Positions 1 to 8,940 of a DNA stretch of 30,692 nucleotides are shown here, one piece after another. The stretch comes from a virus. Its lineage: Duplodnaviria > Caudoviricetes. Below the pieces are notes generated by a model. The model was not told the origin of the DNA. It saw only the letters and a list, made by a program, of their open reading frames with translations, and made no database searches. The position numbers and the translations under genes are program-made. Positions within the stretch are counted from its first letter, which is position 1, and each line of letters begins with the position of its first letter. Location of the stretch: the IMG/VR virus record IMGVR_UViG_3300025809_000080, positions 1 through 30,692 of that record; one strand, written 5' to 3'.

Positions 1-3000
1 TCAGCATAAGACTTGTATCGCTCTATAGTTTCAAAGTGATTCTCTAAGGTTGTTGTAAAGTCAGCGTTAAGTATAGATACGTCACCCGTCAAATCAACCC
101 TCTCCTTTAATGCAGGGGCTACTTGAGCATTAAACACGCCGTTGAAATCTCCTTCATCTAAAAGCTTAGAGTCAACCTTGGTTTTTATAGTCTGAGTAGG
201 AAAGTAGTTTTCTACATAGCTTAAGTTTACATTGTTTACATCTGAATATACATCATTGGTTTGCTCAAAGTATTCATTGCTTAAATACTCAACCACTTTA
301 TCTGTGAACTCTACAACTTCTTTACCAAGGATGTTTTCAATTTGTTTTAACTTCTCATCAGTAAACCCTTGATTCCTCAACTTTTCTCTTTGCACACTGT
401 TTTTACTAAGAGCGTATATCCGCATTAATTGGTCAGCGTTAAATAACACATTATCTAAAGGTCTCTTTCTAACCTTCTTACCTTTTTCTTTAACCGTTAC
501 GGTTAAGCCATTAAACTTATGTACGCCTGTGGCTAGTTTAGATTGAATGTCCTTGTAATTTTTAATGCCATTTATAGAGCTTGCAATCTCATCCATCTTA
601 GTACGAGTACTCTGTAATCCTTTAGCATACAAACTCTCCATGGCGTTAAGGGATTCGTATACATTCTTAGTAAAGAACTTACCAACCTTGTCCAATCCAT
701 TTGTTAGAGTACCTAAGTGCTTTAAGTTATTAGCTATACCTGTTAAGAATTTACCCGGCTTGGTTAAAGGAAACTCAGACACATAAAGCTTGAAAGCTTT
801 ACCTAGCTGACCACTCATCAACGCATTATATCTTTCATTCTGACGAGCTCTAAGCTGCTCTTCAGTCAGTGGTGAACCGTCCTCATTGTAAAGAGCTGAG
901 TATCCTTGTTGTATATTGGAGTCAGCCTCATCTCTAAGAGCCTTCACCTCAGCCTTCTCAGCCTCAAGTTTTTCTTTTAGTCTAGATATTGATTCAGAAC
1001 GAGCTTCCTTTAAGTCTTTTAATAGTGCTTCAACTTCTTGAACACTCATGTCTTCTACGCCTTTGAATGATTCAAAAGCAATGTAAGCGTCAAGTTGGTT
1101 TTGCTCTTTAACCGTAAGCTTTCCTTCCTTAGATAACACCTCATCAATGTCAGGGAAGAACTTCTTCTCTATTGATTCAGCGTCAAAGTCGCCCTCAAGG
1201 ATTCTCTTAAGAACTCTTTTAGCTGCAGCAAAAAACTGCTGTCCTTGTGCATCTAACCCTTTACCTCTAGCTTTATTACTGTCAGTAATAGCTTTCTTAG
1301 CTTTTTCGGTAACAAACTTTAGAATATCTTTTACAACACCCTTCTTGTACTTTCCTTCTGAGTCGTTGAATACTTTAGCTACATACTCAGTGAAAGCGTC
1401 TACAGACTTAGCTTTAGTCACGTCAGTCTTAGCAAACTTTTTCAATATAGCAGATGCTTGCCTTTGAGTAAGAGTACCTTTCTTAATTAAAGCGTCAACC
1501 TCAGCGGATAAAGCTTGCTGCGTATCAGCTATAAAATTCTTAGCATCCTTCGCAGCCTTAACAGCCTCTTGCAACCTAATCTTTAACAGCTCACTTTCCT
1601 TCAGTGTTACCTTCTTAACATCTCTTATAGCACCGAGCAAACGACTTGGTGTAGGAGCTGTCTTCTCCTTTAAACCAAACTGCTTACGTATATCTCTCAG
1701 TAATTTTTCTCGAACTACATCGGTAGCTGTTTCATAAACACGAGAACCTTTAACATATTCAGCTACGTTGTCCATGATGTCGTTAAACTTAACACCACGT
1801 TTCTTTGATTTTTTAATAATACCCTCTACTTCATTAGCTAATCTATCATACCCCGGCACTAACTCTTCTGTAAGCTTAGGCTTTGGTGCTGCGGTCTTCT
1901 CAGTAGCAACAACCTCAGCAACCAACTCAGGCTTTACGCCCCTCTGTGTAAGCAATGCACTAATAGCTGCGTCTGAGTAACCCAAACCACGAGCCTTCTC
2001 AACGAATGATTTTACCTTGAAGTTAGATAGCTTCGTACCCCTACTAGAAGCGTCTGCCTTTTTAAATGCAGCCGAAGACTTCATCTCAGCTCTCTGTTTT
2101 TTTGTGGTTTTAATTTCCTCACCACTAAGTATGTCAGCTAGAGCAGTTCCTAGAAATTGGTCAAGAGTTAAGCCCTGAACATCTTCAGCCGTTAAGTCTT
2201 TGGATAGTTTAAACTCCTGTTTTATGTAGTTCCATAAACCAAGTAACCACTCAGTAAACTCACTCTTTAAGGCTCCTTGAGTTATAGTCTCACCCTTGTT
2301 ACCGATAAGAATTGCTAAGGCTTCATTGGCTGCTTTAGCTACATCACCATTGAATACCTCAAGTTGCTTCTTGTATACATCTGTTTCCTTTACTAACTCA
2401 ACACCTTTATTGTATATCTCTCTCCCTTTTTCAGTTGTCTGAAGAAAGTCAGTCCATACGTGACCCATCTCATGTATAGCTGTATTAAATATAGCCGACT
2501 CTGAGTTGTGAATATCAGGGTTAACATAAACGTCACCATTAACCGTTACACCGTAAACAACTTCCCCGCCTTTTAAATACTTCTTAACCCCTTCCGAGTT
2601 CATAACCTCGTTAAACTCTTTTGAGTCTACAGACAGGGTTACGCTTGGGAACGCTTTTCTTAAAAAAGAAACAAGCTTATTTACATTGTCAGTATTAGAG
2701 CTAGTTACAGCACCCACATAATCTAGAGAAGGTATACCTATACCAACACCTGCTTGCTGACTTAGTATGCTAGGCGCAGACGCTTTAGCTCCCTTAGACT
2801 CCTTTTGAATAAGTACCTTAAAGCTTTTCTCATACGCTTTAGGATAAGCTTTTTCCATAGGCACAGGATTTTCTAGTACACCAATTGATTTACCCTTCAC
2901 GCCGTAAGGATAGTTTGGATGCGTAGTCTCTAGCACCTCAGGGTTTAAAACGTCAACACCTACCAATGAAATTACACTACCAATAGGCACGTTTCTTAAT

Positions 3001-6000
3001 TCAGGGTCTGTAATTGTGTCAGTTATTACACCGAGGTTTAATTTTGTTTTAGCCTCGCTAGGTTGACCTTTCAATAAAGCTAACACGACAGGCTTCTTTG
3101 ATGCTGACGGAGTTTTAGATTTAGCTCCCGGAGTATTAGGGGTGCTAGATGTAACCTTTCCCATAAGCAAAGTCCTAGCGGGTAGTGAAATTTTCTTAGC
3201 AAACTCACTAGATAAAACTTGGTCAATAGACGTAGCCCCTGAATTAGATACCTGATTTTTAATTCTACGGTAAAGCCCTAGGGTTTTTAACTGCGACTTA
3301 GAAGGAGATTCTATTGAGCTTAATTTTTTAATCTCTAAATCCAACTCACTCTTTAATGCTTTAAGAGCCGCCTTTTTATTCTTAGAGGGTAGTGATTTTA
3401 TATTATCAGACAAAACTCTAAACGTAGCCTCGTTGGAAACTACAGAGCTCTCACCCATCTTAACAATATTCATTGGCACTAATCCATTATACTCAGGGTT
3501 TGCAGCCCACCAATCGTCAAACAAAGACTTGTTATCTTCGTATACCTGCTTAGCTTTTGAGATTATAGTGTCAGCCTCTTTAGTGTCTACGTTAGCCCAA
3601 GCAAAGTTCTCATGCCCCTTAGTTCCGTTAAATCCTACCGCACCCTTAAGGTTGTCAATAGTGTTGCCCGTTTCAGGGTTAACAGTATCACCTGTAGTAA
3701 GTTGGTCTGTTATGTTAAATATAGTTGGGATACCATCTACAACCTCTAATGTTGTAGAGTTTAAGGGTGTGTCCGTTCTTTCATTTAAAGCATTAACATC
3801 TATAGGGCTTGAGGCTTCAAAGCCTAGTTTAACATCTTTATTTGGTGACTCTATCTCGTTAATAACGTCAGTAACCTTAGCTACTTCTGACTCGTCAATC
3901 TGAGATTCTACCTCATCTCTTAATCTAAATTCAGGACCTTTATCAGCTAACTTTCTACTTCTTTTAATTTCTTTTTTATTGAAAATAATCTCAGACCTCA
4001 TCTCACGTTTCTTCTCCTTAATATCTTCTTTGTAGATATCTAGTTGATTTTTTTGGTCTTCCTTGAACTCAGATAACTGCTCTCTTAAATTCTCTAACTC
4101 ACTCAATCTTTGAGTAAGGGTTAGGTCTTTGTTTTCTTTTGTTTCTTTTATTAACTGCTTCAGCTCATCAACACCTGCTTTGGTGTTCCCTTTTTCTATA
4201 GCTATCTCTTCCTGAATGGTTTCAATCTCCCCTTCGTACTCCTCAGTAACATCATCAATCATTTTCTGAACTTCCTCTTGCTCAGTAAGCTCAGGTGCGA
4301 CTTCCTCAGCAACCGTCTCTTCAGGTGCAACTTCCTCAGTAATCACATCATCTAACTCGGTTAAATCTAACTGCTCGTCCGCAATAGCTTTATCTACCTC
4401 GCTCTGTAGCTCCGGAGAGACATCTTGTTCTTGTACATCTTCTTGTGCAACCTCTTCGGTAACTGCTGTGATTTCGGTGTCTCCTTCTCGAACTCCTTCG
4501 CTAACTGCGGCTTGTTCTTGTACATCCACCGTCTCTGCGCTTGGCTCTTGAATGGCATCTGTTTCTTCTGTTAATGGGTTCTCTTGGAGATTCTTTATCT
4601 CCTCTCTTATGACTTTAGCTCTATCCTTAGCTACCTGATTGTCTTTACCTTTAAGGTTATTTAACTCTACCTGAAGCTCTGTGATAGCGTCAAGCGTAGG
4701 TTGGTTCATCTCAGGGTCAGCCTCAGATATATCTCTCTTAGTTACAGCCTCTTGGTATTTCTTTGTGTACTCAGCCTGTAGCACATCGTCATTAACAATG
4801 TTAACCTCAGCCTTAATTAAATCGTTAGGGTTAGCCTCTCTAATAAACCTAGCCATGTCAGGCCCTGATACTGCAGCATTCTTATCTTTACCATTTATGT
4901 GGTACTTAGGGGCCTTGTATAGACCATAACCCACAGTTAATGGAGCTGTGGCCGTACCTGCAATACCTTCAAAACCAATCTCAGCAACGTCCATCTCCTG
5001 ACCCGCAACCAATCTACCTGCAACCTCACCCGCAGAACCACCTACAGCTTCAACAGTACCACCTGCGGTAGCACCTAAAAGTTTTCGACCTGTAGATTTT
5101 ACAACGCTAGTAGTAAGCTTACCTGCAAGACCGCCCGTGATAGCATCAATAGTACCAATTGTAAGACCACGCCCTACAGCTTTAAAGCGAATCTCATCCA
5201 TCGCCTCCTTGTCTCCCAATACAGCTCTTATATTCTCAGTGGTCATAGGCTTGTCACCAAGCTGCTCTTGCAGTAGCTCAGCATAAGTAAGGCCTGTCTC
5301 AAGTGTAGTACCCGCCATACCCATAGCACCTATTAAAGCACCGGCAGGTCCACCAACTAAAGCACCACCCGCTGCACCACTTGCTGCGCCCGCAAGGACT
5401 GCAGGGGTAGCCATAGCGCTAACTGACGATACAAATAACTGTGGTATAACGGTAGGGTTCTTAGCCACACCTTTTACAAAGCCTAGCCAACCGCCACCAT
5501 TCTCTTGATAAATTTTTTGGAAATCACGCATCTCATCAGACTCACCCATAGACTGCATGCGCTTTTGTGCAGCAATAAATTCTTGGATGTCATCATCTGA
5601 AACGTCAGAGCCTTTTGCAAACAACTCTAAAGCCTCGTCAACAGAACCACCTTGGGCTTGACCTGCTGCTCCTGCTCTATAGATGTCACCAAACAAATCG
5701 GTAAGTTCGTTCTTACCGAACACCCTCTCAATGGCGGTAGACTTCTCTAATGAAATCGGTTTATCACCCTGATACTGTCTACTTGGTTCTGCATCCTGTA
5801 CAACAGTATATTCAGAAGGTTCTTCAAGTGTGATAGACTCCGAAGAAATAACCTCTTCCTGCTGCTGTGGTATAGTAGAATCCGTAACGACCTGCTGAGA
5901 AACTGAAACCGAATCTTCTTTTTTTTTTACTCCTACTAAAACAGAGAAATCTTCAAAAGACTTTTGGTATCCCTTCTCTTGCACGTAACCGTAGTTATCG

Positions 6001-6110
6001 GCTAATACGTTTTCATTACTTTGTAGTAACGCATTAAACTCTTCAATAGATTTTTGATAACCTTTAGATACAGCTCTATCGTATAAATCTTTTAATACCT
6101 GCTCGTTCAT
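1..6110 (-). CDS. Giant internal virion (ejection/cargo) polyvalent protein with zincin-like HExxH motif; >2036 aa, 3' end beyond the window
   Basis: Translated by hand from ATG 6110 (MNEQVLKDLYDRAVSKGYQ...) and open to the window edge (...ERYKSYA). Absent from the ORF track because it has no stop. Contains a Gly/Ala zipper at ~5310-5400, an acidic linker at ~4200-4570, and HEMGH at 2460-2474 with a distal Glu (NEALA) at 2322-2324. Confidence 0.9.
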   Translation of the reverse strand, partial: MNEQVLKDLYDRAVSKGYQKSIEEFNALLQSNENVLADNYGYVQEKGYQKSFEDFSVLVGVKKKEDSVSVSQQVVTDSTIPQQQEEVISSESITLEEPSEYTVVQDAEPSRQYQGDKPISLEKSTAIERVFGKNELTDLFGDIYRAGAAGQAQGGSVDEALELFAKGSDVSDDDIQEFIAAQKRMQSMGESDEMRDFQKIYQENGGGWLGFVKGVAKNPTVIPQLFVSSVSAMATPAVLAGAASGAAGGALVGGPAGALIGAMGMAGTTLETGLTYAELLQEQLGDKPMTTENIRAVLGDKEAMDEIRFKAVGRGLTIGTIDAITGGLAGKLTTSVVKSTGRKLLGATAGGTVEAVGGSAGEVAGRLVAGQEMDVAEIGFEGIAGTATAPLTVGYGLYKAPKYHINGKDKNAAVSGPDMARFIREANPNDLIKAEVNIVNDDVLQAEYTKKYQEAVTKRDISEADPEMNQPTLDAITELQVELNNLKGKDNQVAKDRAKVIREEIKNLQENPLTEETDAIQEPSAETVDVQEQAAVSEGVREGDTEITAVTEEVAQEDVQEQDVSPELQSEVDKAIADEQLDLTELDDVITEEVAPEETVAEEVAPELTEQEEVQKMIDDVTEEYEGEIETIQEEIAIEKGNTKAGVDELKQLIKETKENKDLTLTQRLSELENLREQLSEFKEDQKNQLDIYKEDIKEKKREMRSEIIFNKKEIKRSRKLADKGPEFRLRDEVESQIDESEVAKVTDVINEIESPNKDVKLGFEASSPIDVNALNERTDTPLNSTTLEVVDGIPTIFNITDQLTTGDTVNPETGNTIDNLKGAVGFNGTKGHENFAWANVDTKEADTIISKAKQVYEDNKSLFDDWWAANPEYNGLVPMNIVKMGESSVVSNEATFRVLSDNIKSLPSKNKKAALKALKSELDLEIKKLSSIESPSKSQLKTLGLYRRIKNQVSNSGATSIDQVLSSEFAKKISLPARTLLMGKVTSSTPNTPGAKSKTPSASKKPVVLALLKGQPSEAKTKLNLGVITDTITDPELRNVPIGSVISLVGVDVLNPEVLETTHPNYPYGVKGKSIGVLENPVPMEKAYPKAYEKSFKVLIQKESKGAKASAPSILSQQAGVGIGIPSLDYVGAVTSSNTDNVNKLVSFLRKAFPSVTLSVDSKEFNEVMNSEGVKKYLKGGEVVYGVTVNGDVYVNPDIHNSESAIFNTAIHEMGHVWTDFLQTTEKGREIYNKGVELVKETDVYKKQLEVFNGDVAKAANEALAILIGNKGETITQGALKSEFTEWLLGLWNYIKQEFKLSKDLTAEDVQGLTLDQFLGTALADILSGEEIKTTKKQRAEMKSSAAFKKADASSRGTKLSNFKVKSFVEKARGLGYSDAAISALLTQRGVKPELVAEVVATEKTAAPKPKLTEELVPGYDRLANEVEGIIKKSKKRGVKFNDIMDNVAEYVKGSRVYETATDVVREKLLRDIRKQFGLKEKTAPTPSRLLGAIRDVKKVTLKESELLKIRLQEAVKAAKDAKNFIADTQQALSAEVDALIKKGTLTQRQASAILKKFAKTDVTKAKSVDAFTEYVAKVFNDSEGKYKKGVVKDILKFVTEKAKKAITDSNKARGKGLDAQGQQFFAAAKRVLKRILEGDFDAESIEKKFFPDIDEVLSKEGKLTVKEQNQLDAYIAFESFKGVEDMSVQEVEALLKDLKEARSESISRLKEKLEAEKAEVKALRDEADSNIQQGYSALYNEDGSPLTEEQLRARQNERYNALMSGQLGKAFKLYVSEFPLTKPGKFLTGIANNLKHLGTLTNGLDKVGKFFTKNVYESLNAMESLYAKGLQSTRTKMDEIASSINGIKNYKDIQSKLATGVHKFNGLTVTVKEKGKKVRKRPLDNVLFNADQLMRIYALSKNSVQREKLRNQGFTDEKLKQIENILGKEVVEFTDKVVEYLSNEYFEQTNDVYSDVNNVNLSYVENYFPTQTIKTKVDSKLLDEGDFNGVFNAQVAPALKERVDLTGDVSILNADFTTTLENHFETIERYKSYA
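4291..4344. repeat. 24-bp direct repeat with 30-bp period, encoding EEVAPE twice
   Basis: tcaggtgcgacttcctcagcaacc (4291-4314) versus tcaggtgcaacttcctcagtaatc (4321-4344), 21/24 identical. Confidence 0.8.
4394..4558 (-). CDS. Overprinted 54-aa basic protein in the +1 frame of the giant gene (MPFKSQAQRRWMYKNKPQLAKEFEKETPKSQQLPKRLHKKMYKNKMSLRSYRAR)
   Basis: ATG 4558 to TAG 4394-4396, purine-rich leader, 17 K/R. The N-terminus matches my recollection of small free-standing phage proteins starting MPFKSxxQRRWMY. Confidence 0.7.
   Translation of the reverse strand: MPFKSQAQRRWMYKNKPQLAKEFEKETPKSQQLPKRLHKKMYKNKMSLRSYRAR
5824..5928 (-). other. A10 slippery tract (5919-5928) and -1-frame extension RRFGFSFSAGRYGFYYTTAAGRGYFFGVYHT*
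   Basis: GTA AAA AAA AAA GAA in frame 0. The -1 frame stays open to TGA 5824-5826, has no ATG of its own, and has 11 aromatic plus 6 Gly residues and no acidic residues in 31 aa. Confidence 0.5.
5928..6107 (-). repeat. Two 30-aa tandem repeats at the N-terminus of the giant protein
   Basis: NEQVLKDLYDRAVSKGYQKSIEEFNALLQS / NENVLADNYGYVQEKGYQKSFEDFSVLVGV. Confidence 0.8.
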
Positions 6111-6125
6111 TATGTTTATCTTTTA

Positions 6126-7901
6126 CTATAAGTTACTGTAGTCTACTTCCTTGGTTGGTGATTTTTTTAGAGGCCTACCTCGGCTATCTGTATTTTTACT
6201 TGAATGAGTAGATGTAATTTTGTATTTTGACTCAAAGCCTTCGGTGTCTCCCTTTCTAACTGCATCAAATATTTCTTGCAAGTCGTTTAGGTACGCTCTA
6301 GTATTTTCTATATCGTAACCTACCTCAATATTAAAGTCTCCTATTTTCAATAAAATATTTTTAGTTCCGGAAACTTCTTCAGTTGAGGTCCTTAGGTTAG
6401 AGAAGTTTCTAGATAGTAACTCGTTAGTCAACTCAACAGCTTTTTCAGTATCTTGACCACTAAAAGCTTCATCTACCTTTATATTACTATTATCTTCTAA
6501 TATAAAGAAATCTTGCAATATAGGTGTTACTTTCTCTATCACCTTACCTCTTTCACCCCTACCCGGTTCAATGTTAATCTCAAGCTCAGCAAATCCTTCT
6601 GATGGTATATTAATATTTCTAGGCTTTACCTTATCCGAAAGGTCAGCAGCTAATTGTTGAGATGATTTTCCTGTAATATCAATCGTCTCAAGTCGTGTAC
6701 CACCCTCTTTATCTTCGTACTCAATAAGTATAGAATCCTCTTTTTTGTCTATAGATAGAATTATATCTTGACCCTTTTTTGCATCCTTGTTATACCTTGT
6801 GATTAAGCGCTCAGCCGACTCCGAAAAATTATCACCACCTAATACTATAACATCTTTAATATCTTTCTTGTAATTAGCAGTCCTATCTTGAATACTAGCA
6901 ACCTCAATCTCACTTTTAGTTACCTTAGGTGCGGGTGTTTCTTTACGACCTAATCTACCAAGTATTGAATCTTTAAGAACCTTAGAGGCTTCCTTCTCCT
7001 GTGCCTCTGTTAAGTCAGGAACTAATACACCACTGCCCGGATTCTGAGGGTTTGGTATCATCATTATAACACCATCCTTACCTCTATCTTTCTCATCCGT
7101 AGAGAACGTGTACTCTTTATCTGTATTATCTGCCAACACACTCGCAGCCGTATAACTACCTGTCTTTAATTTAGCAGCAACATCTTTATCAATTGCTTCT
7201 TTAAATTTAGGGTTTTCTAATTTTGATGTAACTGAACCTCCACTTGCAAGAACTTGTTGAAAGTCTTCCTTATAAGTGTCAAGCGTTTTACTTGCCCAAT
7301 CCTTTACATCAACCCTATCAATCTCTTGGTTGACACCACTCTTCAAACTAAACACTGAAGCTATGTCTGTATTAGACGGAACGCCGTCTACTACCTTAGC
7401 CACTAAAACCTCACCGGTCTCAGGGTCTACAATAATCTGTGATTTAGCGGGGTTAGCAAAATCTTGCAGCCTACCATTATTCCATATCTCAACCTGAGAC
7501 GCGTTGGTGTTAGCCCTCTGCATGTTCTTCTCAAAGTTGGTGTTGAAATTTTTAGCAACCTCAAACAGGTCAGTTGTCCCTTGCTCAAGGTTAGCTTTCT
7601 GAGCATAGTAATCCCTAAGCTTAAGCTCTCCGCTTTTAAGCTTCTGCTCCTGCATCAATCTTGTTTTTGTTGCAGCTTCAGCAAAAGAGGCCATCCTATC
7701 GTTAGCTGATTGGTTTTGACCCTGAGGTGTGTCCTGCACTGTGCGTAAATACTTCTTAGTATCCTCTGCAATCTCAGACTTTAAATCCTCTCTACGATTT
7801 CTTTCTTCAGATAATCGAGTAGAAAAATCTTTACTTATAGCACCCCAATCTACAGTTACTTTGTCAGGGCGTTTATCAAACTTATAATACGACTTTGCCA
7901 T
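6126..7901 (-). CDS. Internal virion/ejection protein, 591 aa
   Basis: Long helical, charged ORF lying between the small pilot-like gene and the giant cargo gene, the usual podovirus ejection-protein order. Confidence 0.7.
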   Translation of the reverse strand: MAKSYYKFDKRPDKVTVDWGAISKDFSTRLSEERNRREDLKSEIAEDTKKYLRTVQDTPQGQNQSANDRMASFAEAATKTRLMQEQKLKSGELKLRDYYAQKANLEQGTTDLFEVAKNFNTNFEKNMQRANTNASQVEIWNNGRLQDFANPAKSQIIVDPETGEVLVAKVVDGVPSNTDIASVFSLKSGVNQEIDRVDVKDWASKTLDTYKEDFQQVLASGGSVTSKLENPKFKEAIDKDVAAKLKTGSYTAASVLADNTDKEYTFSTDEKDRGKDGVIMMIPNPQNPGSGVLVPDLTEAQEKEASKVLKDSILGRLGRKETPAPKVTKSEIEVASIQDRTANYKKDIKDVIVLGGDNFSESAERLITRYNKDAKKGQDIILSIDKKEDSILIEYEDKEGGTRLETIDITGKSSQQLAADLSDKVKPRNINIPSEGFAELEINIEPGRGERGKVIEKVTPILQDFFILEDNSNIKVDEAFSGQDTEKAVELTNELLSRNFSNLRTSTEEVSGTKNILLKIGDFNIEVGYDIENTRAYLNDLQEIFDAVRKGDTEGFESKYKITSTHSSKNTDSRGRPLKKSPTKEVDYSNL

Positions 7902-7903
7902 TA

Positions 7904-8512
7904 TTATCTAAATTTACCTTGAGCACCCTTTACGCGTCCTTGATTAGTTCCTGTTACACCTGCAAGTTTTTGCTGAGGGTATAACTCAGACATCTCGTAC
8001 AACCCCATACCTGTATCAACTAATCCTTGGGTTGCGGACTGCATAGAGGTAGCTTCTAAATTAGCAGCTTCAGCAGCAGCTATACCCGCCCCTTCAGCCT
8101 GAGCTAAATCAAGCTCAGCCCTTTTTGTAGCCAAAACTTTTTCTTCATCAGCAACAGCTTTCTCTAAAGATTCAATGTCTTGGGTTTGTTGAGTAGTAAT
8201 TGCTTGCTCTGCCTTCTGAGCTTGACCAAGAACTCTACCTGCAGTAGCTGCGGCTAGCCTAGGGTCACCCTCTCGGCCTACTTCAATTGCTTGAGCAGCT
8301 TGCTGAGCAAGTGCCTCACGCTGTCTCTCATACGGTTCTTTACTTATGCTAAGCTCCTCTAAGTAGTTGACTTCTAGTTGTTCTCTTGCCTCAGCAAAAG
8401 CTTCGTCAGCTAGATTTTGAGCTTGTTCCCTTTCCTTTCTTGCTTTAGAGGCTTGCGAGAAAGACATTCCCGCTGAAACTAAACCTGACATAGCAGCTAA
8501 TTCTACTCCCAT
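7904..8512 (-). CDS. Small internal virion/pilot (ejection) protein, 202 aa
   Basis: Hydrophobic Gly/Ala N-terminus (MGVELAAMSGLVSAGMSF) followed by an Ala/Gln/Glu coiled coil. Positional and compositional analogue of T7 gp14 / P22 gp7. Confidence 0.7.
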   Translation of the reverse strand: MGVELAAMSGLVSAGMSFSQASKARKEREQAQNLADEAFAEAREQLEVNYLEELSISKEPYERQREALAQQAAQAIEVGREGDPRLAAATAGRVLGQAQKAEQAITTQQTQDIESLEKAVADEEKVLATKRAELDLAQAEGAGIAAAEAANLEATSMQSATQGLVDTGMGLYEMSELYPQQKLAGVTGTNQGRVKGAQGKFR

Positions 8513-8514
8513 AG

Positions 8515-8925
8515 TTATATTTTTAAAAGTAATTCTGTTTGATTTTTAGCCCCAACACTAAATCCCTTACCCACAAAATGATTTACGAGTAAAGGGTTGT
8601 TGTTGTTCGCAAAAATATATTTCTTATCCATGCTCTGCGCTACACCAATCAAGCTATCTAGTAAATAGTTAATAGCGTTATTGCGGTGTGGCTTCTTTCT
8701 ATAATCCTTATTGGATATAATCCAATCTATCCATGCTATCTTTGAGTTGGTGTCATACAAAAAACCTGCGCATATAGGTGTATCCTCATCCCAAATCATT
8801 AACCCCGACAATCCATCCTCAGGAAGAAACTCCTTGCTTGGAGCTTGACCTCCCCAATCGTTCCACCACCCTACTAAGGTGTTGTCATAATCTTCGGCTC
8901 GTAGTGCTTTTGTGCTAAATATCAT
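8515..8925 (-). CDS. Putative GNAT-fold acetyltransferase-like protein, 136 aa
   Basis: PICAGFLY strand, WIISNKDYRK (motif A-like) and a C-terminal 'F..KGF' motif. Sits just before the ejection genes, like T7 gp13. Confidence 0.65.
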   Translation of the reverse strand: MIFSTKALRAEDYDNTLVGWWNDWGGQAPSKEFLPEDGLSGLMIWDEDTPICAGFLYDTNSKIAWIDWIISNKDYRKKPHRNNAINYLLDSLIGVAQSMDKKYIFANNNNPLLVNHFVGKGFSVGAKNQTELLLKI

Positions 8926-8932
8926 ATAACAA

Positions 8933-8940
8933 CAAAGATA
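8933..8940 (-). promoter_or_regulatory. Bacteroidota-type -7 promoter element TATCTTTG
   Basis: TAnnTTTG in a 22-bp intergenic gap, 7 nt before the ATG at 8925. Confidence 0.65.

Noticed and set aside
5747-5926. The +1 frame after the A10 tract is also open for ~59 codons (KKIRFQFLSRSLRILLYH...)
   Set aside because: Its Leu/Arg/Ser composition is what a +1 shadow of a Ser/Glu/Val linker gives by default, and it has no distinctive motif. It could still be a minor slippage product.
1-6110. Virion RNA polymerase in the giant protein, as in crAss-like phages
   Set aside because: No DxDGD/DFDID-type catalytic motif in a polymerase context in the visible 2036 aa. The GDFDAE near 1185 sits in a helical region. 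The unseen C-terminus cannot be judged.
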